Shown here piece after piece: positions 39,301 to 53,000 of a DNA stretch of 64,000 nucleotides. Each line of letters begins with the position of its first letter. Position 1 is the stretch's first letter. Source of the DNA: Eledone cirrhosa (lineage: Eukaryota). The notes under the pieces are model-generated. The model made no database searches. It saw only the letters and a list, made by a program, of their open reading frames with translations, and was not told where the DNA came from. The position numbers and the translations under genes were made by a program. Where the stretch lies: assembly GCA_964016885.1 (NCBI GenBank), contig OZ024765.1, forward strand, positions 13,764,001-13,828,000, in the 5' to 3' direction.

Positions 39301-42300
39301 GATATTTCTCCCCCAGCTGGAGTGGTCAATTCTTCCCCTATTGCTGGAATGGTCAGTTCTATAGCACTTGGTGTTGTGGTCTCACTGGGAGGTACAGATA
39401 CTGTAGAGATTATACCTTTGGCCGGAGTGGTCAGTCCCTCTCCCGTTGTAACTTTGCTAGGAGGGACATGTACTGTAGGTAGGCTTCCTCTGGTTGGAGT
39501 GGTCAGTTCACCACTTTCAGTTGGTGTTATACCAAAATGAGATACAGGTATTGTAGACTTTTGTCCTTTAGCTGGAGTGGTCACTTCAAGTCCAGGTATC
39601 TTAGTAGATTTTCCCTTAGCTGGAGTGGTCAGTTCTACAGCACTTGATGTTGTTGTCTTGCGGGGAGATACAGATATTGTAGAGATTATACCTTTGGCTG
39701 GAGTGGTCACTTCCAGTTCAGTTACTCCACTGGGCGGCATTGATACTGTAGTTACTTGTCCTTCGGCTGGAGTGGTCGTTTCTTCCACTATATTAGTCTC
39801 AGTAGGTGGCACATATATGGTTGACCTCTCTCCCTTAGCTGGAGTGGTCAGTCCAACGCCACTTGGTGGTGTGGTCTTCGCAGACAGTACAGATATGGTG
39901 GAAATTTCTCCTTTAGCTGGGGTGGTTACTTTTGGACTAGTTACACCACCAGTAGGGACAGACACTGTAGATATTTCTCCCTTAGCTGGAGTGGTTACTT
40001 CAAGTCCAGGTGTCTTAGTAGATTTTCCCTTAGCTGGAGTGGTCAATTCTACAGCACTTGGTGTTGTTTTCTTGCTGGGAGGAACAGATTTTGTAGAGAT
40101 TATACCTTTGGCTGGAGTGGTCAGTTCTTCCCCTATTGCTGGAGTGGTCGGTTCTTCCACTATATTTGTCTCAGTAGGTGGCACATATATGGTTGACCTT
40201 TCTCCCTTGGCTGGAGTGGTCAGTCCAACACCAGCACTTGGTGTTGTGGTCTCAGCAGGAAGTACAGATATTGTGGAAATTTCTCCTTTAGCTGGGGTGG
40301 TCACTTTTGGGCTAGTTACTCCACTGGGCGGCATTGATACTGTAGTTACTTGTCCTTCGGCTGGAGTGGACGTTTCTTCCACTATATTAGTCTCAGTAGG
40401 TGGCACATATATGGTTGACCTCTCTCCCTTAGCTGGAGTGGTCAGTCCAACACCACTTGTTGTTGTGGCTCCACTGGGAGGTAGAGACACTGTAGATAAT
40501 TCTCCCCCAGCTGGAGTGGTCTGTTCAACACTACTTGGTGCTGTGGTCAGAATAGGAATTACAAATATGGTGGAGATTTCTCTTTTCACTGGTGTGGTCA
40601 CTTCATGTCCAGTTACTCCACTGGTGGATTTAGGCACTGTAGATATCGCTCCTTTGGTTGGAGTGGACACTTCTGTTATTTCGGTCTCAGTAAAAGGTAC
40701 ATATTTGGTCGATATTTCTTCTCTGGCCGGTGTGGTCACTCTTTGGCCTGTAACCATTCATGTGGGTTGAAATAAAATTAAAAAGAAAATCAAAAGATTA
40801 CAATTTTTAAAAATCAAAAAATGAGAAAAAAAAGCAAGAAAAATAAAATAAAGAAAAAAATAATTCCATGTGATCACATGATGTCTTTGTGGCCACATGA
40901 TGTCTCTATGGTCACATGTCTTTGTGGTCACATGATGTCTCTATGGTCACATGTCTCTTGGTGGTCACATGATGTCTTTATGGTCACATGATATCTCTAT
41001 GGTTACATGGTGTCCTTACAATCATATCTTTATAGTCACATGATGTTTTAATGGTCACATGATGACTTTGTGGTCACATGGTGTCTTTGTGCTCACATGA
41101 TGCCATTGTAGCCAAGTGGTGTCTTTGTGGTCACATGGTGTCTGTGATCACATGGTGTCATTATGGTCACATGATTTCTTTGCAGTCACATGGTGTCTTT
41201 GTGGTCACATGGTGTGTTTGTAATCACATGGTGTGTTTGTAATCACATGATGTCTTTGTGGTCACATGGTGTCTTTAGATTTGACCACAAAGCCATGAAA
41301 AGTAGAGCTGTGAAATCTTGCATGTATTAATTTCAGTTCTTCTTATTAATAACTGCATTGTTTTTTTCCAGGGACTATGTTGAAAAGTAAACCTCATTTG
41401 GTCATTCCATGAGAGTATCTTGGTCAGCCTATGAACCTTTCAGCCTAGCCTCATTTACATGATAATTAGTGGAAAAAATTAGCTAGATCTTCATTAAGTT
41501 TTTCTTTGAAATCTTCACAGCAATAGAAACAGCAATAAAACAGAAATAAAAAGAAACAAAACATAAAAATCAAACAAAAAAACAAAAGAAAACTTTACAC
41601 CTTTAGTTGAACAGCATATGTCAGGTAACACGATACCGCTTACCTAGCCATAGTCCTCCATCTTGTACTCTGGACAAAATGGTACAAGTGTTGCTGTGAA
41701 GAACAGTCAGTAATACCTGCAGCATCAGCTATTCAGCATCACAGGACTCCTTCTTTAGATGTAAAACTGACATTCCAATTAACCCTTTCGTTTCCGTATT
41801 TCTAATGAAAGACAGTGTCTTGTGATATGATTGTAGAATTATTTTGAAAATATTCAAGTTTTGGAGGCCTTTAGTAATATAACACTATCTTTCTCATTAT
41901 TAAATTAGTGTTTGGAGCATAACTTAACAAAGGTTCTTACCTAAAATTATGATGAAAAGATTTTAGACAAATCTGGTTGGTGTTAGGAAGGGCATCCAGC
42001 CGTAGAAAACCTGCCAGACAGTCCTATACGAGCGAGACAACCAATCTTGCCTCAAGTGGGACAATTCCCATCTAAACCCATGCTAGCGTGGAAGATAGAC
42101 GTTAAACGATGATGATGATGATGATGATGATAAACATTTTTACCCTTTCGTTTCCATATTTCTAATGAAGGACACTGTCTTGTGATATGGTTGTCGAATT
42201 TTTAAAATCAAGTTTTAAGTGATTTAGTAATATAACTTTCTTATAATTAAGTTGGTGTTTTGAACATAACTTAACAAACGTTATTACCTAAAATTATGAT

Positions 42301-43939
42301 GGAAGGGTTTTAGATAAATATAAACACTTTAACCCATCTGTTACCATATTTCTAATGAAAGACACAGTTAATAACTTGGAATATAACTTAACAAAGGTTC
42401 TTACCTGAAATTATGATGGAAGGGTTTTAGATAAATATAAACACTTTAACCCTTTCATTACCATATTTCTAATGAAAGACACAGTTAATAACTTGGAATA
42501 TAACTTAACAAAGGTTCTTACCTAAAATTATGATGGAAGGGTTTTAGATAAATATAAACACTTTAACCCTTTCATTACCATATTTCTAATGAAAGACACA
42601 GTTAATAACTTGGAATATAACTTAACAAAGGTTCTTACCTAAAATTATGATGGAAAGGTTTTAGATAAATATAAACACTTTAACCCTTTCATTACCATAT
42701 TTCTAATGAAAGACACAGTTAATAACTTGGAATATAACTTAACAAAGGTTCTTACATGAAATTATGATGGAAGGGTTTTAGATAAATATAAACACTTTAA
42801 CCCTTTCATTACCATATTTCTAATGAAAGACACAGTTAATAACTTGGAATATAACTTAACAAAGGTTCTTACCTAAAATTATGATGGAAGGGTTTTAGAT
42901 AAATATAAACACTTTAACCCTTTCATTACCATATTTCTAATGAAAGACACTGTCTATGGTTTTCAAATAATTTTGAAAATAATTAAGAATTTAGAGGGAT
43001 TTAGTAATATAACTAACTTTCCCATTATTAAGTTGGGAACATAATTTAATAAAGGTTCTACTTCTTCTTCACCCACTTATTCATGAGAGGGCTTTGGGGG
43101 CACAGTCCTCAAACACTCCTTCCAGCAAGTCCTGTCAGGAGCAACCGTCTCTAATTGATCCAACCATCTTGCTCAGGGTCTACTCCTGGGTCTCCTGCTG
43201 GTTGGTTTTGCCCATAAAATCTGTCCAGCAATTCCTTCTTAAGACATTCTAACCACATGCCCATAGTATCAGAGCAGTGATCTCTCAATTCGGAGAAGTA
43301 GTGGCTCTACTTAGAGTGATTCTCTGATCTCTGAGCTACACACTTTATCGTGTTTATGTTCATGATCATATTCTTTTGGTCATTACCCATGATTCATGAC
43401 CATAGATAAGGGTTGGCATGAATACCGAATTTAAGATAATGAAACATCTTATATAAATTAATGATGGCAGGTTTTTAGATAGATATAAAAATTCTAAAAC
43501 AAACAGTTTTGTATTGTAGAAACAAAGGTGGTTTCAGGGTGGTTTGGTATCAAAAGGATTAAGCTGATGTTTGAAACTTAAAGGTTCTTACATAAAATTA
43601 CGATGGCAGGTTTTTAGATAAATATAAACACTTTAAGATGAATAGGTTTGTATTGTAGAACCAGGCTTGGTTTCCAGGAGTTTAGTATCGAAATGGTTAA
43701 GTATAAATGAGTGTCTTCTGATATAGAATGACACAAGATATAAACAGATGTATAACAAAAATATATATACAGGTAAAATTCCATTATAACAAATTTTTCA
43801 GTATAACAAAATATTTTCAATACCCGGCCACACGCTCGATGTGTCAGGTCGATCTTGTTGTAAAACATTTTTTGTAACAACAAATTTATTTTTATACCCT
43901 GTGAATTTCGTTTTAATGGGAGGGATTTCACTGTATATA

Positions 43940-44031
<92 letters not shown>

Positions 44032-44035
44032 AAAG

Positions 44036-44073
<38 letters not shown>

Positions 44074-47000
44074 CAAAGAAAGTTTGGTAAGAAACCAGGT
44101 GGACCATAATGCACCAGAGTACTCAATACTTAGGGTAGTAGAGGGGGTAATAGGAAAAGAGTCAGGACCCCAACAGCTGAGCTCCGGCCATTTCGACAGC
44201 TAGATCCGAACGCCAGAGCTCAGCTGTCGGGGTCCTGACTCTTTTCCTATATATATATATATATATTTATAAATATAACAAAAATATATATATATATATA
44301 ACAATGATATGCATATATATATATATATAACAAAGGTATATAAATATATATATATATATATGCAGAGGTTATATTTAATTTGTTGGGATTCAATAAGCTT
44401 AAAGATTTTTATAACTGTTATAAAGCACTCAACAAGTTAATGGAGTAAATACACAATATATTAATATATGGAAACTATAATAAAATAAATATGGTTTTAT
44501 AAATATAGTTTCCATTTATTAATATATTGTATATATATATATGTGTGTGTGTTGTATAATGACATAGAGTTATATAGACAAAGACTGTTGTAGAATATAC
44601 AAGACAAACTTGTCATTAGATAGAATTACACAGACCAGGGATATTCCAGAACATACTAGAACAGATGAGACAGCAGATTAGACATAGTTGACATCTTGAT
44701 ATAAATTACATGTGGAAGAAGACACCCGATGTTGAGTGCTCAAATGACAAGGGAAGGGCTGCGATTGTTAAGCAACAATAGAAAGAAAGGGAGAAGGTGA
44801 TAGACTCTGCAACAGATAAAACAGCTAATGTTGACAAGATAGTCAACAAAACAGAAATGATATCTTGATGGACAGAGCCAGATGAGACAGTTAACCCTTT
44901 AGCATTTAAACCGGCCATATCCGGCCAGAATTCCCTCATCTCTCTCTGTTCAAACCAGCCATAACCTGCCGCTCATACTGATGTTAAGTTATTGTTCTCA
45001 AAATAAATAATATCAAAATTTCATAGATTCGATACTATGTGAGATAATTATGTCAGGTAAAGCATTTACTGTGAAAATACAATAGTATATATAGAGTAAT
45101 GTAAATGTTATGTGAGATATTATGTGAGGTAAAGCCTTTACTGTGAAAATACAATAGTATATATAGAGTAATGTAAATGTTATGTGAGATATTATGTGAG
45201 GTAAAGCCTTTATCCGAGAATTGAACTCACAACATTGCAAGCCCAATGCTCTAACCACTAAGCCATGTGCCTTCACTAAATAGTATATATAGGGTAATGT
45301 AAATGTTATGTTAGATATTATGTGAGGGAAAGTCTTTACTGTGAAAATACAATAGTATATATAGAGTAATGTAAATGTTATGTGAGGGAAAGTCTTTACT
45401 GTGAAAATACAATAGTATATATAGAGTAATGTAAATGTTATGTGAGATATTATGTGAGGGAAAGTCTTTACTGTGAAAATACAATAGTATATATAGAGTA
45501 ATGTAAATGTTATGTGAGATATTATGAGAAGGAAAGTCTTTACTGTGAAAATACAATAGTATATATATAGAGTAATGTAAATGTTATGTGAGATATTATG
45601 AGAAGGAAAGTCTTTACTGTGAAAATACAATAGTATATATAGAGTAAATGTTATGTAAGGGAAAGCCTTTACTACAAAAATACAATAATATATAATTGTT
45701 TCTACTCTTTGCACAAGACCAGCAATTACCCAGTACATTACTGGTACTTTATTTTATCGACCCCATAAGGATGAAAGGCAAAGTTAACCTCGGCGGGATT
45801 TGAACTCAGAATGGCAAGGGTTAATATTGACAGTACAGTGATGACCTCTTGACAGACAGGGATGACATGTTGACAGAGAGAACCAGAAGTAACATGTCTT
45901 GTCATAGTATATTACTGACAACAGATGAGTCAGTTAATGTTGACAACACAGGGTTGACATGTTGACAGACAGGGATGACATGTTGACATACAGGGCCAGC
46001 AATATCATGTCCTGTCATAGTATATTACTGACAGTAGATGAGACAATTAATTGTTTCTACTTTTGGCACAAGGCCAGCAATTATTTCAGTGTATTACTGG
46101 TACTTTATTTTATCGACCCTGTAAGGATGAAAGTCAAAGTTAACCTCGGCGGAATTTGAACTCAGACCATAAAGGGCTGTAGCTCTTTGCTGCAAAGCAT
46201 GGTGTCCGACCCTCTACTGATACTGCCAATCCACTGCCCTGCGAATCCAATGAGACAATTAATGTTGACAACACAGGGTTGACATCTTGACAGACAGAAC
46301 TAGAAGTAACATGTCCTGTCATAATATATTACTGACAGCATACATATATGACAATTAGTATTGACAAGACAGTCACAATACAGGGATGATATCTTGACAG
46401 AGAGGGATGACATGTTGACAAACAGAGCCAGCAATAATAACATGTCTTCTCATAGTATATTACTTACGAAACAGTGGCTTAAAACAGCCATGTATATCCA
46501 GTATGAGTTTCACACTTTTACTAACATCATATCTCTCAGTTATGAATATTTGGATCTTGTGGACTTGGAAACCATTTGGGAAATATACAGTTTCAGTAGC
46601 AGAAAATTTCTGAAAATATTGAAAATTTTGTGAATCATTCTAAATATCATTATAGAACATTCTGCACAATTTCTATGCTTCCACTAACAAAATATATTTA
46701 ACTAAGTATTACAATATGTTGGATATTAAAATCTCAAATGTGTGAATATCAGAGTTAATGTGAAAACATCTAAATTATAGATATCATGTTAAATATTTTT
46801 TCATATTTTATAAAATATATTTAGAAAACTATGTAAATTATTTATGTACGTGGCCTGATGGTAAGTGTGTTGGAATTACAATTCCTGGACTGCGTTGGAT
46901 GTTGTGTTCTTGAGCAAAATACTTCATTTAAACTTTGCTCCAGTATACTCAGCTGGAAATGAGTTCCAGCTATAGCTGGGGGGTTTAATCCAGTGATGGA

Positions 47001-50000
47001 TTGGTGTTTTGTGCCAGGGGAAGTTTTGAACTCTCAGTCACTTCATGACGCAGTAACAAGGATAAGCACTCTCCTGGTGGGCCTCTGTGCTTGAGACAGA
47101 CTTTAAGCTTGTAATGAACTGGCTTCATGTTTAGAGAGGATTCTTGTATTCTCAGTCATTTCACGACATGAAAACTGGGATAACAATTGGCTTGATGAGC
47201 CTCCAGGCTTGAGAGGGACTTTAATCCTAAAATGAACTGATGTCTTGTCCAGTGGGGGAGTCTTCTACTCTCAGTCAGTTAACACCACACAAACTAGGAT
47301 AAGCATCGCATTGATGAGCAATCAGATTTGAGACAGACTTTCGACTAGAATCTGAAGTCCCCTATAAAAATACAGTGACATATCTGAGTTGAATAATTAA
47401 TTAGCTATTTGTTAATTTTATATGAAATTATTTCGTAAATTTTGTATGCTATATAATATGAAGTCCCCTATAAGATGACAGCGCTATATATGGAGTCCCC
47501 ATTAAAAGACAGCTATATAATACGAAATCCCCTATGAAAGACAGCTATATAATATAAAGTCCCCTATAAAAAGACAGCTATATAACTTGAAGTCCCCTAT
47601 AAAAGACTGACATAACATGAAGTCCCTTATAAGAGACAGCAACCTAAAATGAAGTCCCCTATAAAAGATAGAGACATAATATGAAGTCCTCTATAAGAGA
47701 CAACAACCTAACATGAAGTCCCCTATAAAAGACAGAAACATAATATGAAGTCCCCTATAAAAGACAGCTATACAATGTGAAGTCCCCTATAATATGACTG
47801 TGACATAAGTGAGTTAAATACCTTTCCAAATGCTTGGAAATGTTCTTGCTCTATTTTCCTGTACATTAACATAAAACCTTTGATGTTTGTATGAACAATT
47901 AACTGCAAACTGGCCAAAGACACATCATAATTCTCACTGAGTTGGACGGTAATAACAACAAGTGGAGCTGAACTCTCAAACACCTCCTGGTCACGTCTAC
48001 CTTGGACTCCAACGGGTCTTAAACGATATGTTGGTACAGTCTTGTCTGTAGTTTTTATCCACTCATCTTTGATGTAAACTGGAGTTGATAAACCATTGCC
48101 TTTAACACAGGCCACCTCTCCCTCTGTGGGTGTTGTTGTGGTGGTTGTTGGTGCTGTTATTGTTATTGTGGTGGTTGTTGGTTTTGTTGTTGTTGGTGTC
48201 GTTATTGTTGCTGTTGTTGGTGGTATTGTTGCTGTTGTTGGTGTTGTTCTTGTTGCTGTTGTTGGTGTTGTTCTTGTTGAAGTTGTTGGTGTTGTTGGTG
48301 TTGTTGGTGTTGTTGATGATCTCTCTGTTGTTATTGTTGTTGGTGTTCTTGTTATAGCTGTTGTTGTTGTTGTTTGTGGAACTTCTAACAACAAGAGATG
48401 ATATTTTCAACATGGTTAATTATATGAGTTATATAAAGGTTTTATATATGGTTGATATTGTGTAGATTATGTTGTTATGTTACATAAAGAGACAAGATCC
48501 AGACCTCCTTCATTTACTGAATGGAGTGGAACTTGTCAAATAAGACAGAATTATATAGACAAAGACTGGTTGGAAAATATAAGAGACACACTTGTGTATA
48601 ACAATATAGACAGAATTATATAGACAAAGACTGGTTGCAAAATATAAGAGACACACTTGTGTATAACAATATAGACAGAATTATATAGACAAAGACTGGT
48701 TGTAAAATATAAGAGACACATTTGTGTATAACAATATAGACAGAATTATATAGACAAAGACTGGTTGTAAAATATAAGAGACAAACTTGTGTATAACAAT
48801 ATAGACAGAATTATATAGACCAAGACTGGTTGTAAAATATAAGAGATAAACTTATGTGTAATAACATAGATAGGGTTCTATAGACAAAGACTGTTGTAGA
48901 ACTTACTAGACAAACTTTTGTTTAGTAAGATAGATAGGTTATATAGACACATACTATTGTATAGTATACAAGAAAAACTTGTATATAACAAAAACTTGTG
49001 TATAACAACTATTAACATAGATAAGGATATATAGACAAAAATTGATTGTAGAATTTACTTTAAAACCTTGTGTATAACAATATAGGCAAGACACAGACTA
49101 TTGTAGAATATATTAGACAAACATGTGTATAACAATATAGACAGTATTGTATAGATAAAGACTATTTTAAAACATGCTTGACAAACTTGCGTTAAATAAC
49201 ATAGGTAGAATTATATAGACACTATTGTATAATATTCAAGACAAACTTGTGTATTATAAGTAATAACATAGATAGGATTATATAGACAAAGACTGGTTGT
49301 AAAATATACAAGACGAACTTCAGTTTAATAACATAGACAAAAATTATATACACAAAGATTGGGTGAATAACACAGTAGACAAACTTCTGTATAACAATAA
49401 AAACAGAGTTATATAGACAAAGACTGTTGTAGAATATATCAAACAAACTCATAGGTAATAAGACAGCATTATAAAAACAAGGATTGGTTGTAGAATATAC
49501 GAAAGAAACTTGTGTATAAGACCATAGACTGAAACATATACACAAAGACTGGTTGTAGAACATACTAGACAAACTTGTGTATAACACCTAATAACATACA
49601 TAGGGCTATATAGACAAAGATTGGTTGAAGAACATACTAGAAAGAATGACAGGAGATAAGACAATGTTGACAAGATAGTAAATAATTCAGGGATGTCATC
49701 TTGACAGACAGGGCCAGCAATATCATGTCCTGTCACAGTTGATGAGACAGTTAATGTTAACAGTACAGGGATGACATGTTGACAGACAGAACCAGAAGTA
49801 ACATGTCCTGTTGTAGTATATTATTGACAGGCATATATGACAATTAGTATTGACAAGACAATCAACAATACAAAGATGATATATCGACAGAGAGGGATGA
49901 CATGTTGACAAACAGAGCCAGCAATAATAACATGTTCTCTCAAAGTATATTACTTACGAAACAGTGGCTTAAAACAGCCATGTATATCCAGTATGAGTTT

Positions 50001-53000
50001 CACACTTTTACTAACATCATATCTGTCAGTTATGAATATTTGGATCTTGTTGGCTTGGAAACCATTTGGGAAATATACAGTTTCAGTAGCAGAAAATTTC
50101 TGAAAATATTGAAAATCATGTGAATCATTCTAAATATCATTATAGAACCTTCTGCATAATTATTATGCTCCCACTGTCAAAATATACTAAGTATTATAAT
50201 ACGTAAAATACTAAAATATCAAATGTGTTTGTAGATATTTTCATTTACTGCTAAATCTTTTCAGGATGTTAAGAGTTGAAGAAATTAATTTAATAAAAAA
50301 TATATTTAGTAATCTACATAAATTATTTATAATGTGAAGTCTCCTATAAAATGACAGCTATATCACTGAGTTTGAGAAGTTAAGGGTCAAAAGACTTGCT
50401 TAAGGGAGGTTTCTTCTCTGAAAACCTTCAGCTGTCCAGCTCACCCGAGAGTTTCTTACAACTTTGATAATTTTATTTTTAAAATGTTCTATAATCTGAA
50501 AAATATTTATATGAAGTCCCCTATATAATACAGTAACATAACTGAGTTAAAGAATTAATTAAATATTTGTTAATTTTATATAAAAATTATTTAGTAAACT
50601 TTGTAAACTATTTATAATATGAAGCTCCCTATAAAAGACAGAGACATAATATGAAGTCCTCTATAAGAGACAACAACCTAACATGAAGACCCCTATAAAA
50701 GACAGAAACATAATATGAAGTCCCCGGTAAAAGACAGCTATACAATGTGAAGTCCCCTATAATATGACTGTGACATAAGTGAGTTAAATACCTTTCCAAG
50801 TGGTTGGAAATGTTCTTGCTCTATTTTCCTGTACATTAACAAAAAACCTTTGATGTTTGTATGAACAATTAACTGCAAACTGGCCAAAGACACATCATAA
50901 TTCTCACTGAGTTGGACGGTAATAACAACAAGTGGAGCTGAACTCTCAAATACCTCCTGGTCACGTCTACCTTGGACTCCAACGGGTCTTAAACGATATG
51001 TTGGTACAGTCTTGTCTGTAGTTTTTATCCACTCATCTTTGATGTAAACTGGACTTGCTAAACCATTGCCTTTAACACAGGCCACCTCTCCCTCTGTTGG
51101 TGATGTTGTGGTGGTTGTTGGTGCTGTTATTGTTGTGGTGGTTGTTGGTGTTGTTGTGGTGGTTGTTGGTGTTGTTCTTGTTATTGCTGTGGCTGTTGTA
51201 GATGTTGTTGATGTTGTTCGTGCTGTTGTTGTTGCTGTTGTTCTTGTTATTGCTGTGGCTGTTGTAGATTTTGTTATTGTTGCTGTTGTTGGTGTTGTTG
51301 GTTTTATTGCTGTGGCTGTTGTTGTTGTTGTTGCTGTTGTTGTTGCTGTTGTTGTTGGTGTTGTTGCTGTTGTTGGTGGTGTTGTTGTTATTGTCGTTGT
51401 TGTTGGTGTTGTTGCTGTTGTTGGTGGCGGTGTTGTTGTTGTTGTTGTTGCTGTTGTTGTTGTTGTTTTTGTTGTTGTTGGTGGTGTTGTTGTTGTTGGT
51501 GTTGTTGCTGTTGTTGCTGTTGTTGGTGGTGTTGTTGGTGTTGCTGTTGGTGTTCTTGTTGCTGTTGTTGTTGGTGTTGATGTTGTTGCTGTCGTTGTTG
51601 CTTTTGTTGCTGTTGTTGTTGGTGTTGTTGTTGTTGTTGATCTTCCTGTTGTTATTGTAGTTGGTGTTCTTGTTATAGCTGTTGTTGTTGTTGTGGTGGT
51701 TGTTGGTGTAGTTCCTGTTGAAGTTGTTGGTGTTGTTGGTGTTGTTGGCGTTGTTGTTGCTGTTGTTGGTGTTGTTCTTGTTGCTGTTGTTGGTATTGTT
51801 GTTGCTGTTGTTCTTGTTGCTGTTGTTGGTGTTGTTCCTGTTGGTGTTGTTCTTGTTGTTGATGATCTCTCTGTTGTTATTGTAGTTGGTGTTCTTGTTA
51901 TAGCTGTTGTTGTTGTTGTTTGTGGAACTTCTAACAAGAGATGATATTTTCAACATGGTTAATTATATGAGTTATATAAAGGTTTTATATATGGTTGATA
52001 TTGTGTAGATTATGTTGTTATGTTACATAAAGAGACAAGATCCAGACCTCCTTCATTTACTGAATGGAGTGGAACTTGTCAAATAAGACAGAATTATATA
52101 GACAAAGACTGGTTGTAAAATATAAGAGACACACTTGTGTATAACAATATAGACAGAATTATATAGACAAAGACTGGTTGGAAAATATAAGAGACAAACT
52201 TGTGTATAACAATATAGACAGAATTATATAGACAAAGACATGTTGTAAAATATAAGAGACAAACTTATGTATAACAATACAGACAAAGATTAATTGTAGA
52301 CTAAACTAGACAAACATTTCTGTAATAACATAGATAGGGTTATATAGACAAAGACTGTTATCAAATTTACTAGGCAAACTTGTATATAACAATAGATAAA
52401 GTTATATAGACCAAGATTGGTTGTAATACATAGAAAACAAACTCGTGTATAACAATATAGACAGAATTATATAGACAAAGATTGGTGTAGAATTTACAAG
52501 ACAAACTTATGTAATATAAGCAATAACATAAACAATGTTATATAGACAAAGACTGGTTGTAAAATAAATAAGACAAACATGTATATAACAACATGTATAG
52601 AATTATGTAGACCAGGAGTGTTATAGAACATACTATATAAAATTGTATTTAATAACATAGACAGAATTAGATAGACAAAGATTATTGTTGAACATACAAG
52701 ATAAACACGTTTAATTACAAACAGAATTATATAGGCAAACATTTGTGTAGCATTTACTAGACAAACTTGTGCATAACAACATACTTAGGGTTATATAGAC
52801 AAAGACTATTGTGGAATATACTAGACAAACAAATGTATAACAACATGGACAGAATTATATAGACACTGTTGTAGAATATACTATACAAACGTATGTATAA
52901 TAAGTAATAATGTAGATGGAGTTATATAGACAAATGTTGGTTGTAAAATGTACGAGACAAACTTCAGTTTAATAACATAGACAAAATTATATACACTAAA

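Noticed and set aside
40755-40757. ATG as start of a stand-alone 4510-aa gene
   Set aside because: No signal peptide follows. The ATG lies between the polypyrimidine tract and a phase-compatible AG, and the ORF ends just past a GTAAGT donor.
27502-40770. Long plus-strand Val/Gly/Ser-rich ORFs up to 476 aa
   Set aside because: Antisense shadows of Thr/Pro codons, broken by periodic TGA stops and with non-ATG starts.
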